Source: an uncultured Oligoflexia bacterium
GTDB lineage: Bacteria > Bdellovibrionota_B > Oligoflexia > Silvanigrellales > Silvanigrellaceae
DNA length: 64,000 nucleotides
Direction of reading: 5' to 3'
NCBI GenBank assembly: GCA_964352255.1
Contig: CAYGQR010000009.1
Location: 3,000 to 66,999, forward strand
Shown: piece by piece, positions 31,008-42,605 of the stretch
Position numbering within the stretch: the first letter of the stretch is position 1
Layout of the letters: each line of letters begins with the position of its first letter
Program-made: the position numbers and the translations under genes
Notes under the pieces: model-generated
Database searches by the model: none
What the model saw: the letters and a program-made list of their open reading frames with translations, nothing else
What the model was told of the DNA's origin: nothing

Positions 31008-33556
31008 TATTCAGGTTCAGTGACTTTAAAGTCATGAAACACACCGAAATGGGATGGAAATAATGGTTCGTCATTTGCATTCCCAATTTCACACCAGTCA
31101 CATGCAACACTTTCTAACCAACTAAAAAGTACGTTATGAGGTTTAATCTTAGAAGTAAGATTTGGTTTAAAATCACCAGCAAAAATATATTTCTTTTCAT
31201 GAACTATGTTGGGGCTTAATTTACCTTCTTCGCTCATATAACGCATAAATGTTGGGCTATTTAATGGCACTGTATAAGGAAATCTGCAATCGCCAGCACC
31301 AGGGACACATTCAGTGGAACTTCCTACACCATTATACTTAGGGCCACCAAAGCGCATTTGGCGATCGGCATCAAAGCCAAAATTATAAGTAATTTGATCA
31401 CTTGAATAAACGTTTGAACTAAGACCTGCAATATGAAGAAGGTCTGGATCGATAGTGTTAACTAAGTTTCCTGTGTAAAAGCTTGCATCGCTATGTCCAT
31501 AAAAATTTCCAACAGCATTTTTGCCATCAGCTTTTGGCGAATATCCACCACCAAAACAACGTTTTACATCTGAATTATAAATAACATCTGGTTGTTGAAC
31601 TCCAGCAAGATCTTCAAAATTACATGGAATATTAAAAAACTCATTTGATGGTTGGAATGTATATTGTGCAACACCAACACCAGGAATAAAGCTGCCTTTA
31701 AGCATAGGATGCAATGCTGCAAATTTATGGGAAGATAGATAGTTGCCGTATGGATCCATCGGTGTGTAATAAAGCCCCGCCCAAATTGTATTCAGCGCAG
31801 TTGCTGCAATAGTAGATTCAGTCATTGGCACAATCATATCTTGTGAACCATGCAGTAAAACTAATGATCCAGGAGCACGAATATTATCTTCAAAATAATA
31901 TGAATTCCAATTTTGCAAACCACTGGAAACAAATGGCGCTAAAAATGTAATATCATTAGAGGCAATAAATGTTGCCAATTGAGTAAGAGAATCAGTGGCA
32001 GGGGCTAAACTACCATCTTCCAGTACAGTCACTTTTTGGATATTTGTGAAAGGAGTAGGATCATTTCTGTAATTAGCAAAATATTTGTTTTTGACTAAAT
32101 CGGTAACCATTGGAATTGCTGCAATTGATTCAATATCATTTTTCATGACCATAATTGTCATGAGACGAAGTTTACCAGTCAGTATAGAAACTGGTGAATA
32201 TAATGCTGCAGCTGTATTAAATAAAGGATACTGAAACTCAAAAGAAGTGCCATTATCATCTACAGAGTGTGGGAATTGAGTATCATACGATGCTCCATTC
32301 ATAAAGAATCCCATACGCCCAATTGCGGCTAAAAGAACACCGCCGCCTCGACTTGCTGCAAGCCCTATTGTTTGTGGAGCCATATTAGTTGGCACCATTC
32401 TTGCACCACTGTATTCTGAATTTAAATCTTGAAATGGATTAATCAATTCTTCAGGATGCTGTAAAGGCAGCAAAAGGCTTTTTTGAGTTGATACATTATA
32501 GATAGGATTTTCTGTTTTTAAAGGCGTGACCATCACTCTTGAAACAGCATTGTGTGCTCCTAAAAGTGCGTTGATATCTTCATCAAGTGGAGAACGAGGA
32601 TATTTTATTGGTAAAATTGAATTAAATGCAATTTCTGGTGCATATGGGTTATTAAATTTACCGAAATTATCTGGCACAAGATTATTTTCAGCATCTAGCC
32701 TCATACAACCCATTGTTTGAATACTCATTTGAGTACAAAGTGGCTCACCAGGAAACACAGGCGCCACAACAACAAATTCACTAAGTTTTGTGTTTAATTG
32801 AGTCACTAAATCAGAAGCGCTTGTACCAAAATCGCCTGCATGACTATACATAACCAAACGCGCTTGCTTGGTATTATTGGGTTGTAATAATTGGACTGGA
32901 ACAGAAACAAGAGCATGATACGTACGAACGCCTTCCCCAGATTTTGCGCCTGTACCGTTTCTTAATTTATATTCCATAATAAAGAATTGGCTTAACGGAA
33001 AAAATTCATGCGTTTGAGGATTCAATTTACCATATTTACCTTGCATAATACTACCAAGGTAATTTTTAGGGTCTGTTTTATTGCCATATGGATTTAAAAA
33101 AACTGCGGGCAAATTAAACATGTCAGATTTATATTTAATATTAGAATGTGTATCGTTTACATCTTGAGATAAACTGAAAAATTTCACATCTTCAGTTGAA
33201 GTGATTTGTGTTTTCCACATTTGCGACGCAAAATAAGCACCCACATTTTTTGCTAATGAAAAGAAAGGGCGCGAAGAGGCGTCTTCTACAAGTGCGCCAT
33301 CTTTTGTTAAACTTTTTTCGCCTGACATATCATTAACAAATAATTTCGCAACACGTGAAAGATCTTCTTGCACTGCATCAGGATTATCGGCATTAAGTTC
33401 TTCTAGGGGTAAACCAACAGCGTTAAAAAAATTATTAATTCTTGGATCTAAACCATTTTCAGGAACAGTTAAATTTTTACTCTCTTTGGATTGACAGGAA
33501 ATAAGTCCGAAAGATAACACTAGTGAAGATAATATAATTTTAGTATTTAATTTCAT
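31007..33556 (-). CDS. Large lipoprotein with alpha/beta-hydrolase (esterase/lipase-like) motifs
   Basis: Lipobox LISC; YSHAG; IGLAASRGGG (nucleophile elbow); LLHGSQDMIVP; YGHS. Confidence 0.65.
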   Translation of the reverse strand: MKLNTKIILSSLVLSFGLISCQSKESKNLTVPENGLDPRINNFFNAVGLPLEELNADNPDAVQEDLSRVAKLFVNDMSGEKSLTKDGALVEDASSRPFFSLAKNVGAYFASQMWKTQITSTEDVKFFSLSQDVNDTHSNIKYKSDMFNLPAVFLNPYGNKTDPKNYLGSIMQGKYGKLNPQTHEFFPLSQFFIMEYKLRNGTGAKSGEGVRTYHALVSVPVQLLQPNNTKQARLVMYSHAGDFGTSASDLVTQLNTKLSEFVVVAPVFPGEPLCTQMSIQTMGCMRLDAENNLVPDNFGKFNNPYAPEIAFNSILPIKYPRSPLDEDINALLGAHNAVSRVMVTPLKTENPIYNVSTQKSLLLPLQHPEELINPFQDLNSEYSGARMVPTNMAPQTIGLAASRGGGVLLAAIGRMGFFMNGASYDTQFPHSVDDNGTSFEFQYPLFNTAAALYSPVSILTGKLRLMTIMVMKNDIESIAAIPMVTDLVKNKYFANYRNDPTPFTNIQKVTVLEDGSLAPATDSLTQLATFIASNDITFLAPFVSSGLQNWNSYYFEDNIRAPGSLVLLHGSQDMIVPMTESTIAATALNTIWAGLYYTPMDPYGNYLSSHKFAALHPMLKGSFIPGVGVAQYTFQPSNEFFNIPCNFEDLAGVQQPDVIYNSDVKRCFGGGYSPKADGKNAVGNFYGHSDASFYTGNLVNTIDPDLLHIAGLSSNVYSSDQITYNFGFDADRQMRFGGPKYNGVGSSTECVPGAGDCRFPYTVPLNSPTFMRYMSEEGKLSPNIVHEKKYIFAGDFKPNLTSKIKPHNVLFSWLESVACDWCEIGNANDEPLFPSHFGVFHDFKVTEPE

Positions 33557-33617
33557 AGGAATGACCTCTTAGGAGTTTTAGTGTTCTTTACAATCATTTA
33601 AAAATAAAATCAATGAA

Positions 33618-33632
33618 ATCAATATAGTTGAT
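33618..33632. promoter_or_regulatory. Possible operator (ATCAA-N5-TTGAT) in the divergent intergenic region
   Basis: 15-bp palindrome with imperfect A/T-rich inverted flanks between divergent genes; regulator unknown. Confidence 0.25.
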
Positions 33633-33687
33633 ATGATTTTTTTATTTTGCTATCAGAGATAAGTCTTACTGGAGGTTTGCCATCTAT

Positions 33688-35154
33688 ATGAAAAAAATAC
33701 TTATTGTCCTTTTGTTCCAGAGTCTTATATATTCAACTGGCAGTGCTGCCACTCAAAACACCACTCATTCTAGTAAAAAAGAAACTATTGCTGAAAGCTC
33801 ACAAAAGGCAAAATCTCTTGATGAAGCGCCTATTGACGAGGTTGAAGGGGCATTTGACGTCAAAAAACGCAAACCCCCTCATACAGCTGCCCTTCCAACC
33901 GGCAAAACGCTTCCTCAGGGCTTTTTTCGTGTAGAAACCCCTGTTGCATATACATGGGGCCAAAATGGTTGGAGTTCAGCTGCGAAGCCAATTAAAAATG
34001 GGTTTTGGGTAAATCGTTGGATTACGGGCTTTCTGGTATCCTATGGGTTATCCGACACTGTATCTCTTGGTATTGGCGTTCCGTTTGTCGCAATGAATAA
34101 AATGGGGCTTGATGGCAACGAATTTACCAAAAATTCAGAATTTTATAAAAAGTACTTTAATAAATCTGTAGAACAAAGCGCTGAATTTCTTGTTTCAGTT
34201 GGCCAATGTAATGGGGCAACTTCAGTTGCAGCGTGTTCAGATCAAATTGTAAACAACAACTTATCTTTACCTGTTTCCTCAACTATCGTTCTTCCTACTG
34301 GCGAAACATATAACATAAAAGCCAATGTTCCCATTACAGATCAAATTCGTAATCTTGTTGTTAACTCGACTATCCCTCAAGATGGCAACACAGGATTAGG
34401 TGACATTCAAGTTGGAATTTTATGGAATCCTCTTAATGAGCGCACTCCTTTATTTAAAAAACCTTTGTTTCTTTCTATTGGCGGTGGATTACGCTTTCCA
34501 ACAGGAAAATTCGATCTTCCAATGGCTTTTAGACAAACTGGGGGCGATGGCACACTCTTATTACCGGGTGGTACTTTAGACGCAATCTTACGCTGGAATG
34601 CAGATTACGAAGCAATGAATGGGCTTATTTTAAGCTGGGAAAATTCGATGGAATTTTCTTTAACTAAACCAAATTTAAACCGCTCGAGCATGTTACGGCC
34701 AAGTCAATTTAACAAAGAAAACCCTGAAGCTACAGTGCCAGGTGTAGCGCCTGCAGTAAACAAAGGCGATGGCGTTCCGAATGTACTTGTTTTTGAACGT
34801 CGCGGACCGCGTTTTCATGGTTTTTTAGAGGCTCAATGGGGGCTTGGCAATACATTTCAAGCATTAAAGCCAGCTGCACTTTACCTACAAGGTAAATACA
34901 ATATTATGTCTCAAAACTATTTAAATGGTATGCCGGTTTATTTATTTCAAGATCAGTTTTATTTGAATGAAAAAAGCCTGCACCCTAACTACGGTCCTCA
35001 ACAAGCTTACTCTGTTGTTGGTGGTCTAAAAATCAGTGGTTTGCCATATAGATTTCCATTAGAAGCAAAATTTGAATATGAGTATATATTCTATGGTCGT
35101 AACCTCTTTATTGCGCCTATGAATTTAATGTTCGTTCTTGCTCTGTATTTTTAA
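33688..35154 (+). CDS. Outer-membrane beta-barrel transporter-like protein (SphA/MetA-pathway-like)
   Basis: Signal peptide; TGLGDIQVG and GLRFPTGKF motifs; alternating beta pattern; C-terminal LALYF; large insert with a Cys pair. Confidence 0.65.
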   Translation: MKKILIVLLFQSLIYSTGSAATQNTTHSSKKETIAESSQKAKSLDEAPIDEVEGAFDVKKRKPPHTAALPTGKTLPQGFFRVETPVAYTWGQNGWSSAAKPIKNGFWVNRWITGFLVSYGLSDTVSLGIGVPFVAMNKMGLDGNEFTKNSEFYKKYFNKSVEQSAEFLVSVGQCNGATSVAACSDQIVNNNLSLPVSSTIVLPTGETYNIKANVPITDQIRNLVVNSTIPQDGNTGLGDIQVGILWNPLNERTPLFKKPLFLSIGGGLRFPTGKFDLPMAFRQTGGDGTLLLPGGTLDAILRWNADYEAMNGLILSWENSMEFSLTKPNLNRSSMLRPSQFNKENPEATVPGVAPAVNKGDGVPNVLVFERRGPRFHGFLEAQWGLGNTFQALKPAALYLQGKYNIMSQNYLNGMPVYLFQDQFYLNEKSLHPNYGPQQAYSVVGGLKISGLPYRFPLEAKFEYEYIFYGRNLFIAPMNLMFVLALYF

Positions 35155-35203
35155 TAGTGTTACCTAATAAAACTTATTATTTGTTTATTATAAGGAGATA
35201 GAT

Positions 35204-35773
35204 ATGACATTAATAAAGAACATTGTTTCATTGTGTGCTGTAACAGCAGGATTCATTCCTTTTATTGCCTCTGCTGAAGTAAAAGATTTACACAGCCTGG
35301 TAGATTTTAATTCTGATGTTCAAGTAGCAGCTCATGCACTTGTCGAAAGAATTAAAGCAGATCCAAACAACAATCATTCCCCAGTTCCTGGACATAATGC
35401 TTACAAAGATTTGCGTATTGTTTCTGTAGAACCTGAATATACAGGTTCAGTTGAAATTGATGATGCAACTCAAACTCTTAAACATTTTGAAGTACAAAGT
35501 GTTTCTTTTGAAGCACACGGTGTCCCTTTATTTTCAAAATATGTGGCAACAGTAAAGTTGTCTGCAGATTTTACGCCAGATTGTCAAATTGTTGAGGGTT
35601 CACGTTCTTATAAAGTAACAAAAAGTAACTCTTCTTTAGTTGATGCACTTTTTAATAAAGATCTCACTGGTCGTAATTATAATTCAAAATATGAAGCATA
35701 CGGCGATGTTGTTTTTCGCTCAATGATTGAAACAAGCGCTGCACTCCGCACATACTGCCAATCTGCTCAGTAA
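35204..35773 (+). CDS. Secreted hypothetical protein
   Basis: AAGGAG RBS; signal peptide ending ASA; two Cys in the mature part. Confidence 0.8.
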   Translation: MTLIKNIVSLCAVTAGFIPFIASAEVKDLHSLVDFNSDVQVAAHALVERIKADPNNNHSPVPGHNAYKDLRIVSVEPEYTGSVEIDDATQTLKHFEVQSVSFEAHGVPLFSKYVATVKLSADFTPDCQIVEGSRSYKVTKSNSSLVDALFNKDLTGRNYNSKYEAYGDVVFRSMIETSAALRTYCQSAQ

Positions 35774-37077
35774 ACGTATTTTTTGCCCGTTAACATAAAT
35801 CCAAATGGTGTCATTTGAATGATATCATTTGTTTCATGCCAAGTACCATTGTCTTCATAATTTTCTAAAGCAATTTTATAAGACAATGTAGAACTTGAAC
35901 CAAGCTTAAAATAAACATGCTCTAATGGTGCGCCAATAGTATTAAAATATGGCCTATGAAATGTATTGCTCGATAAAATACCAACACCATGTGTGGTGCC
36001 ATACGTTTCAATGACAGGAATTCCATAACTTTCAAAGAAATTCACGTCGTTTTCTAGTGCAAGCGCATTACCATGCACAATAAATTCCAAACTTTCTAAA
36101 CCATTTAAAAGTTTAGTATGAAAAGATGCTGTGAATTTTGAAGTAACACGTGCCATTCGTTTTACAGCACTAAATGTATTTTCAGATAATTTCATTGCTT
36201 TGGAAGTGCCAAGAAATTTTTGAACTGAACTTAAGCCTTTTTTTACAGCTCTTTGCACTTGCCCTGAAGGTTGCTTTGAATGCGTTTTAAAAATATTTGC
36301 GAGATGTTCTAATTCAGAATGCTCTGCAAATAAAAAGGTGGGCTGTAATACTGCTAAACTTGTTTCCAAATCGCTTTCATAATTTGGAAACCCCAAAACA
36401 CCTTTATTAAGCAAGCAACAAAATTTACTAATATGCACAAACGGTTGGCTTGGCGCCATCATTTCAAAACTATGCCAAGAAATATTTCGTGGAACATCAA
36501 GATGTTCCATAAAAGTTTTTGACACTTTTAAAAAAATATCCATATCGACAGTCTCTATAGAAAAAGTATTGTCTTCTTTATATGAAATAAAACGAAATGT
36601 CCCTAGTTCCGATTTTACTGAATGTTTTAGTTTTTGGTATTTTTCTTCAAGACACATTTCACCATCCGTCCAAATAACATTATCAATACCAATAATAGGA
36701 CATTTTATATCATTCCATTGAGACGCGTAGTCTTTAATATCTGTAGCAATTGCAATGCATTTATAACGCTTATACACTGCTTCAATCTCGATTTTAGAGA
36801 GATGAGTAGGTAACCAAATTACATTGAAACCACATAATATACTTGCAAAACTCGCAATAAAAGAATGATACGAATTACTAGTAACAAATATAATATTATT
36901 ACTTTTCTTCTCTGTATCTAAAATATTTTGCCAATATTGAGTGCTCAGATATAAATGAGAAAAAATATCTTTACCTGTAAACTGATGCCAACTTCCATTT
37001 GCATACATGCGAGCAAGAACTTTTTCTTCGCGATATAAATGACGAAGGAGTAAGGATTCGAATTTTGGATTTTGCAT
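35767..37077 (-). CDS. Degenerate AMP-binding (long-chain acyl-CoA synthetase-like) protein
   Basis: YGIPVIETYGTTH, TIGAPL and GTWHETNDI (cf. GWFHTGDI) are recognisable; no TSGTTG loop; ends before the C-terminal domain. Confidence 0.6.
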   Translation of the reverse strand: MQNPKFESLLLRHLYREEKVLARMYANGSWHQFTGKDIFSHLYLSTQYWQNILDTEKKSNNIIFVTSNSYHSFIASFASILCGFNVIWLPTHLSKIEIEAVYKRYKCIAIATDIKDYASQWNDIKCPIIGIDNVIWTDGEMCLEEKYQKLKHSVKSELGTFRFISYKEDNTFSIETVDMDIFLKVSKTFMEHLDVPRNISWHSFEMMAPSQPFVHISKFCCLLNKGVLGFPNYESDLETSLAVLQPTFLFAEHSELEHLANIFKTHSKQPSGQVQRAVKKGLSSVQKFLGTSKAMKLSENTFSAVKRMARVTSKFTASFHTKLLNGLESLEFIVHGNALALENDVNFFESYGIPVIETYGTTHGVGILSSNTFHRPYFNTIGAPLEHVYFKLGSSSTLSYKIALENYEDNGTWHETNDIIQMTPFGFMLTGKKYVY

Positions 37078-37085
37078 ATTTATAT

Positions 37086-37937
37086 TTACTTCAACAAAAT
37101 AATATTTTCTTTTGAATCGAAGTATGGTCGATGTGCCTTTACTTGTATAGCAAAATCTGTTTCAGGAAAATAACCTGTTAAGTATTTCCCATATGTACAC
37201 CCTGTATCTAAACCAATGCAAATTGGCCTTCCATTTTTAAGGATTTTTCGAAATAATCCTTGCTTTGCATCATGTCCAAATACAATTAAATCTGGTCCTT
37301 GATGAAATTCATGCCATCTAAATATTTTATGATGTTTTTTTTCCTCCGAAACATCGACAGGGTTGACGGGTACAAGTACGTCTTCCCCATCTCTACTGTC
37401 AAACTTTACGTGCCGTGCAGTTAAAAGCATTCGTTCTGTTGTTTGATTAATACCACGATTTGCATCATATCCTGCATGCAAAATTGTCAATGGATACTCT
37501 TCTTCCCAACCTTCATGCAAAACTTTAGGCTGAATAATACTCGTCAATGCATAGGGCTGAGTACTGATAAATTTGGAAATTAAATTTTTATGAAATCGGA
37601 TTAATTTCAGAGTTTGTTGTGAATGTTCTGCAATAAAGGGTTGAGGTGATTTTTGCGATTTAAAAATGAGCGCTTTCAACGCCCAATCATGGTTACCTTT
37701 TATACAAATCGCTTTGTGTTCCATAATTAAATTATAAACACCTACAGGGTCTGGCCCTTTAGTAAATAAATCACCAACCAATACAGTTTGAAATTGAGGG
37801 ACCTTTTTTTTAGCAAGATGAATGATTTCTGAAAGTTCTTGAGCACAGCCGTGCACATCACCTATAATAAACAATGGTAGTCGTTCATTAGATGGAGGTA
37901 AATTGTGTATAATAACGTGATGTGTATTATCTTTCAT
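37086..37937 (-). CDS. Metallophosphoesterase of the ApaH/PrpE type
   Basis: IGDVHGC, VGDLFTKG, KGNHD, LHAG, VFGHD, GLDTGC. Confidence 0.9.
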   Translation of the reverse strand: MKDNTHHVIIHNLPPSNERLPLFIIGDVHGCAQELSEIIHLAKKKVPQFQTVLVGDLFTKGPDPVGVYNLIMEHKAICIKGNHDWALKALIFKSQKSPQPFIAEHSQQTLKLIRFHKNLISKFISTQPYALTSIIQPKVLHEGWEEEYPLTILHAGYDANRGINQTTERMLLTARHVKFDSRDGEDVLVPVNPVDVSEEKKHHKIFRWHEFHQGPDLIVFGHDAKQGLFRKILKNGRPICIGLDTGCTYGKYLTGYFPETDFAIQVKAHRPYFDSKENIILLK

Positions 37938-38212
37938 TCAGCCTCCAAGTTTGAAATTTATAAAATTCTTTTCTTTAGAATTGTAAAATATGTTTAATAC
38001 AATAATCAACCCGAATAAAAGATTGAGGACTATCATCTAAAAACTTAAAATGACAAGACTTTGATTTAATCTTAAGTGGTTTTTCGAATTTTAAATTTTT
38101 AAGATGCTTAAAGCATGACGCATTTATTATTTACAAAAAGTTGACTACTCTTTTATTTTTAAAAAAAAGATTATACACTTTAAAAAATTTTTAACAAAAT
38201 AAAGGAATATTT

Positions 38213-39457
38213 ATGAAAAAAATAATATTGAAATCATTTGGTTATGCCATAATAAGCACTCTTTTTTCTGGGCTCAGTTATGCCGATAATGCACAAGAAA
38301 ATAAAGACTTTTCACAAATTGTTATTGCACCATCTTGTCTTTTAAAAAATCAGCCCATTTCCTATACAGTGCTTGGCCATAAGGCGAATCTATTTTTAAT
38401 TGAAGCCAAAAATAATGATTTATTGCGTATACGTGAATCAGGAGTACGGTCTGATTGCGGACAATATCTTGATGTTTCTTACACATGGTTTAAGCTTAAT
38501 AAAAATGTAACAAATCATGTGGTAAAAAATAAATTAGCAGTAAATCTTTTAACCAATGAATTAAAATCTACCTTCCAAACACAAAGTCAATTAACAAACA
38601 AAAAATTTACTCTTTCAAATTCTGAACAAGTTGAAGAATTACTGACTCATTTCAGTTCCCAAGAAATGTGGGAAAGATTATTAAAACTCACATCATTTAA
38701 AAACCGCTTTGCAAACTCTCAATACGGCGTAGATGCTGCAAATTGGATCCAACAGTACGCAACTGAACTTGCCGAAAATGTTGGTCGTAAAGATATTACA
38801 ACTGAACAAATTAAAACGGGGTTCTTCTTTCAACAACCTTCTATTGTTGTAAAAGTTCCTGGTGTAAATGCAAAATTACCCGCTGTGCTTGTTAGTGGTC
38901 ATATGGATACTACAAATGGAGATAAACCAGGAGCAGATGATGATGGCTCAGGTTCTTCTACTGCACTTGAAGTTATGCGGGCTGTTCTTTCTTCTGGTAA
39001 AAAATTTGAACGCACAATGTACTTTGTTTGGTATGCAGCAGAAGAGCAAGGTTTAGTTGGTTCAAGTTATGTAGTTAGAAATTTTAAAAATAAAAATATT
39101 GCGCTAGAAGCAGTCCTGCATTTTGACATGACAGGTTATCAAGAAACCCCTGAAAATAAAATTTACATGTTAAATGATTTTGTAGATTCAGAACTTACAA
39201 ACTTTGTTGCAGATTTAGCGCGTACATATGTAAAAACAGAGGTAGGCACAACACGTTGTGGATATGCATGTAGCGACCATGCGAGCTGGACTCGTAAAGG
39301 ATACCGAGCAGCAGCAACATTTGAAAGTGATTTTTCAAACAGCAGTCCTTACATTCACCTTGCAACAGATACTCCAGATAAAATTTCCATTGAACACATG
39401 AGTCGTTTCGCCAAAGTTGGCATTGCCTTTATTGGCGAACTTGCAAATCCTATGTAA
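38213..39457 (+). CDS. Secreted M28 leucyl aminopeptidase-like metallopeptidase
   Basis: SGHMDT, GADDDGSG, AAEEQGLVGS, FDMTGY, CGYACSDHASW, IHLATD; signal/pro-region. Confidence 0.92.
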   Translation: MKKIILKSFGYAIISTLFSGLSYADNAQENKDFSQIVIAPSCLLKNQPISYTVLGHKANLFLIEAKNNDLLRIRESGVRSDCGQYLDVSYTWFKLNKNVTNHVVKNKLAVNLLTNELKSTFQTQSQLTNKKFTLSNSEQVEELLTHFSSQEMWERLLKLTSFKNRFANSQYGVDAANWIQQYATELAENVGRKDITTEQIKTGFFFQQPSIVVKVPGVNAKLPAVLVSGHMDTTNGDKPGADDDGSGSSTALEVMRAVLSSGKKFERTMYFVWYAAEEQGLVGSSYVVRNFKNKNIALEAVLHFDMTGYQETPENKIYMLNDFVDSELTNFVADLARTYVKTEVGTTRCGYACSDHASWTRKGYRAAATFESDFSNSSPYIHLATDTPDKISIEHMSRFAKVGIAFIGELANPM

Positions 39458-39466
39458 AAGATACAT

Positions 39467-39590
39467 TAGAATTTTTGAATAGCCCAAAATGCGAGACGTG
39501 GTAAGCGAGTAAAGGGGCCGCGTACAATCAGTACGCAAGCCAAATGAGATGCTGCCACAACGACGCAGATTGGGTTACCCAAGAATTCTA
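39467..39590. mobile_element. 124-bp MITE-like repeat with terminal inverted repeats
   Basis: Left end TAGAATTTTTGAATAGCCCAA versus reverse complement of right end TAGAATTCTTGGGTAACCCAA (17/21); TA at both ends; GC-richer interior with a GCGTAC-N5-GTACGC hairpin. Confidence 0.6.
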
Positions 39591-39595
39591 TAAAA

Positions 39596-41236
<1,641 letters not shown>

Positions 41237-41257
41237 TTAACTCCTAGATATAATAAT

Positions 41258-41545
41258 TTATTCCATAATTCCAAGAACATCGTCTTCACGAAGAATTATG
41301 AGTTCTTCAGTATCGACTTTAATTTCAGTACCTGCATATTTACCAAATAAAACAGTATCACCTGCTTTTACATCAAGTGTACGCACTGTGCCATTAGGAA
41401 GCACTTTTCCATTTCCTACAGCAATTACAACGCCTTCTACTGGCTTTTCTTTAGCGTTATCAGGAATCAGAATTCCGCCTGCAGTTTTTGTCTCTTCGAC
41501 CGAACGTTTCACTAAAACACGGTCAGATAATGGACGAACTTTCAT
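41258..41545 (-). CDS. groES: Co-chaperonin GroES
   Basis: [39 protein letters not shown]. Confidence 0.99.
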   Translation of the reverse strand: MKVRPLSDRVLVKRSVEETKTAGGILIPDNAKEKPVEGVVIAVGNGKVLPNGTVRTLDVKAGDTVLFGKYAGTEIKVDTEELIILREDDVLGIME

Positions 41546-41747
41546 ACTTTATAATCTCCAAATAGATAAAAATACCATTGTAGCACTAGGAATAAACCTT
41601 ATCTAAAACGTAAACGAAACCTTTAACCTGTCAAGGTCAATTAAATTGACCAAATAACAGTTCATAATAAACAATTTTTGGACACCTATTTAAATCAAAT
41701 TGAGAAACTGACATTCTAGAAAAGTTCAAATAAAGACAGGTGTCATT

Positions 41748-42554
41748 GTGTTATATAAAAAGATTAAAAAATCATTAGAATCATTAAATAGATATTGGAA
41801 ACAGATAGTTACAGTTAGCCTTGTGCTTTTTTGCGTCATTTCACTCAGCTTTTGCTTTGTAAAAATTACATATGCGCTGCTCACAAAACCCATCCCAAGT
41901 TCAGGCCCTTCAAAATGGTCTCAACAAAAGAAATTCAATGCCTCAGCTTCCCCAACTCTTTCTGAACAATCCACTTCAAAAGAAAAATTCGTTTTACAGC
42001 TTAAAAATTTTGAACCTTTTACAGAACAAAGCAACTTAAAGGAACATCAAAAATACTCTGTTTTAAAGGTCCTTGATCCTCAAAAAATACAATTGCAATG
42101 CCTTTTGGGACAATTTGAATTACTCACTAAAAAAGAAAATAGTTTCAGTTTTAGTCCTATCAATATTTTTTCTGGAAAAAAATTTGAATACTATGCGGAC
42201 TTCGTAAAAAAGCAGATTAAATTTATGGTTTTAGAATCAGATCAAATTCCAACAAATATTTTAAACTGTAAAGAATGGCTATTTCTCGAAAATACTTATG
42301 AGAACGATACCCAAACAACAGCCAGTGCAAATATTACGTATAAAATTAAAAAACCAAAGTGTATCCAAATACCAAGTAAAATTATTTCTGCTCGTTCTCA
42401 AACTCCTAATATTCTTTATTTCAAATACAATTCATTCTCCGAGAAAGCATCTCTTTGCCTACAAAAACATGGTATTGGTATTATTGAAACTTTAGAAATG
42501 AATGGAAGTAACGCTAAAATCTTTCGTGTCAGTATAGATCCTACTAATAAATAA
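41748..42554 (+). CDS. Membrane-anchored hypothetical protein
   Basis: GTG start; single N-terminal hydrophobic segment; 268 aa; no motif recognised. Confidence 0.65.
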   Translation: MLYKKIKKSLESLNRYWKQIVTVSLVLFCVISLSFCFVKITYALLTKPIPSSGPSKWSQQKKFNASASPTLSEQSTSKEKFVLQLKNFEPFTEQSNLKEHQKYSVLKVLDPQKIQLQCLLGQFELLTKKENSFSFSPINIFSGKKFEYYADFVKKQIKFMVLESDQIPTNILNCKEWLFLENTYENDTQTTASANITYKIKKPKCIQIPSKIISARSQTPNILYFKYNSFSEKASLCLQKHGIGIIETLEMNGSNAKIFRVSIDPTNK

Positions 42555-42605
42555 AGTTATACTTATAAAATACATATTTTCATAATTCAATATTTAGGAT
42601 CTAGC

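Noticed and set aside
41580-41606. CIRCE-like element upstream of groES (GTAGCACTA-N9-CTTATCTAA)
   Set aside because: Left arm matches 7/9 but right arm only 4/9 of TTAGCACTC-N9-GAGTGCTAA; too weak to call.
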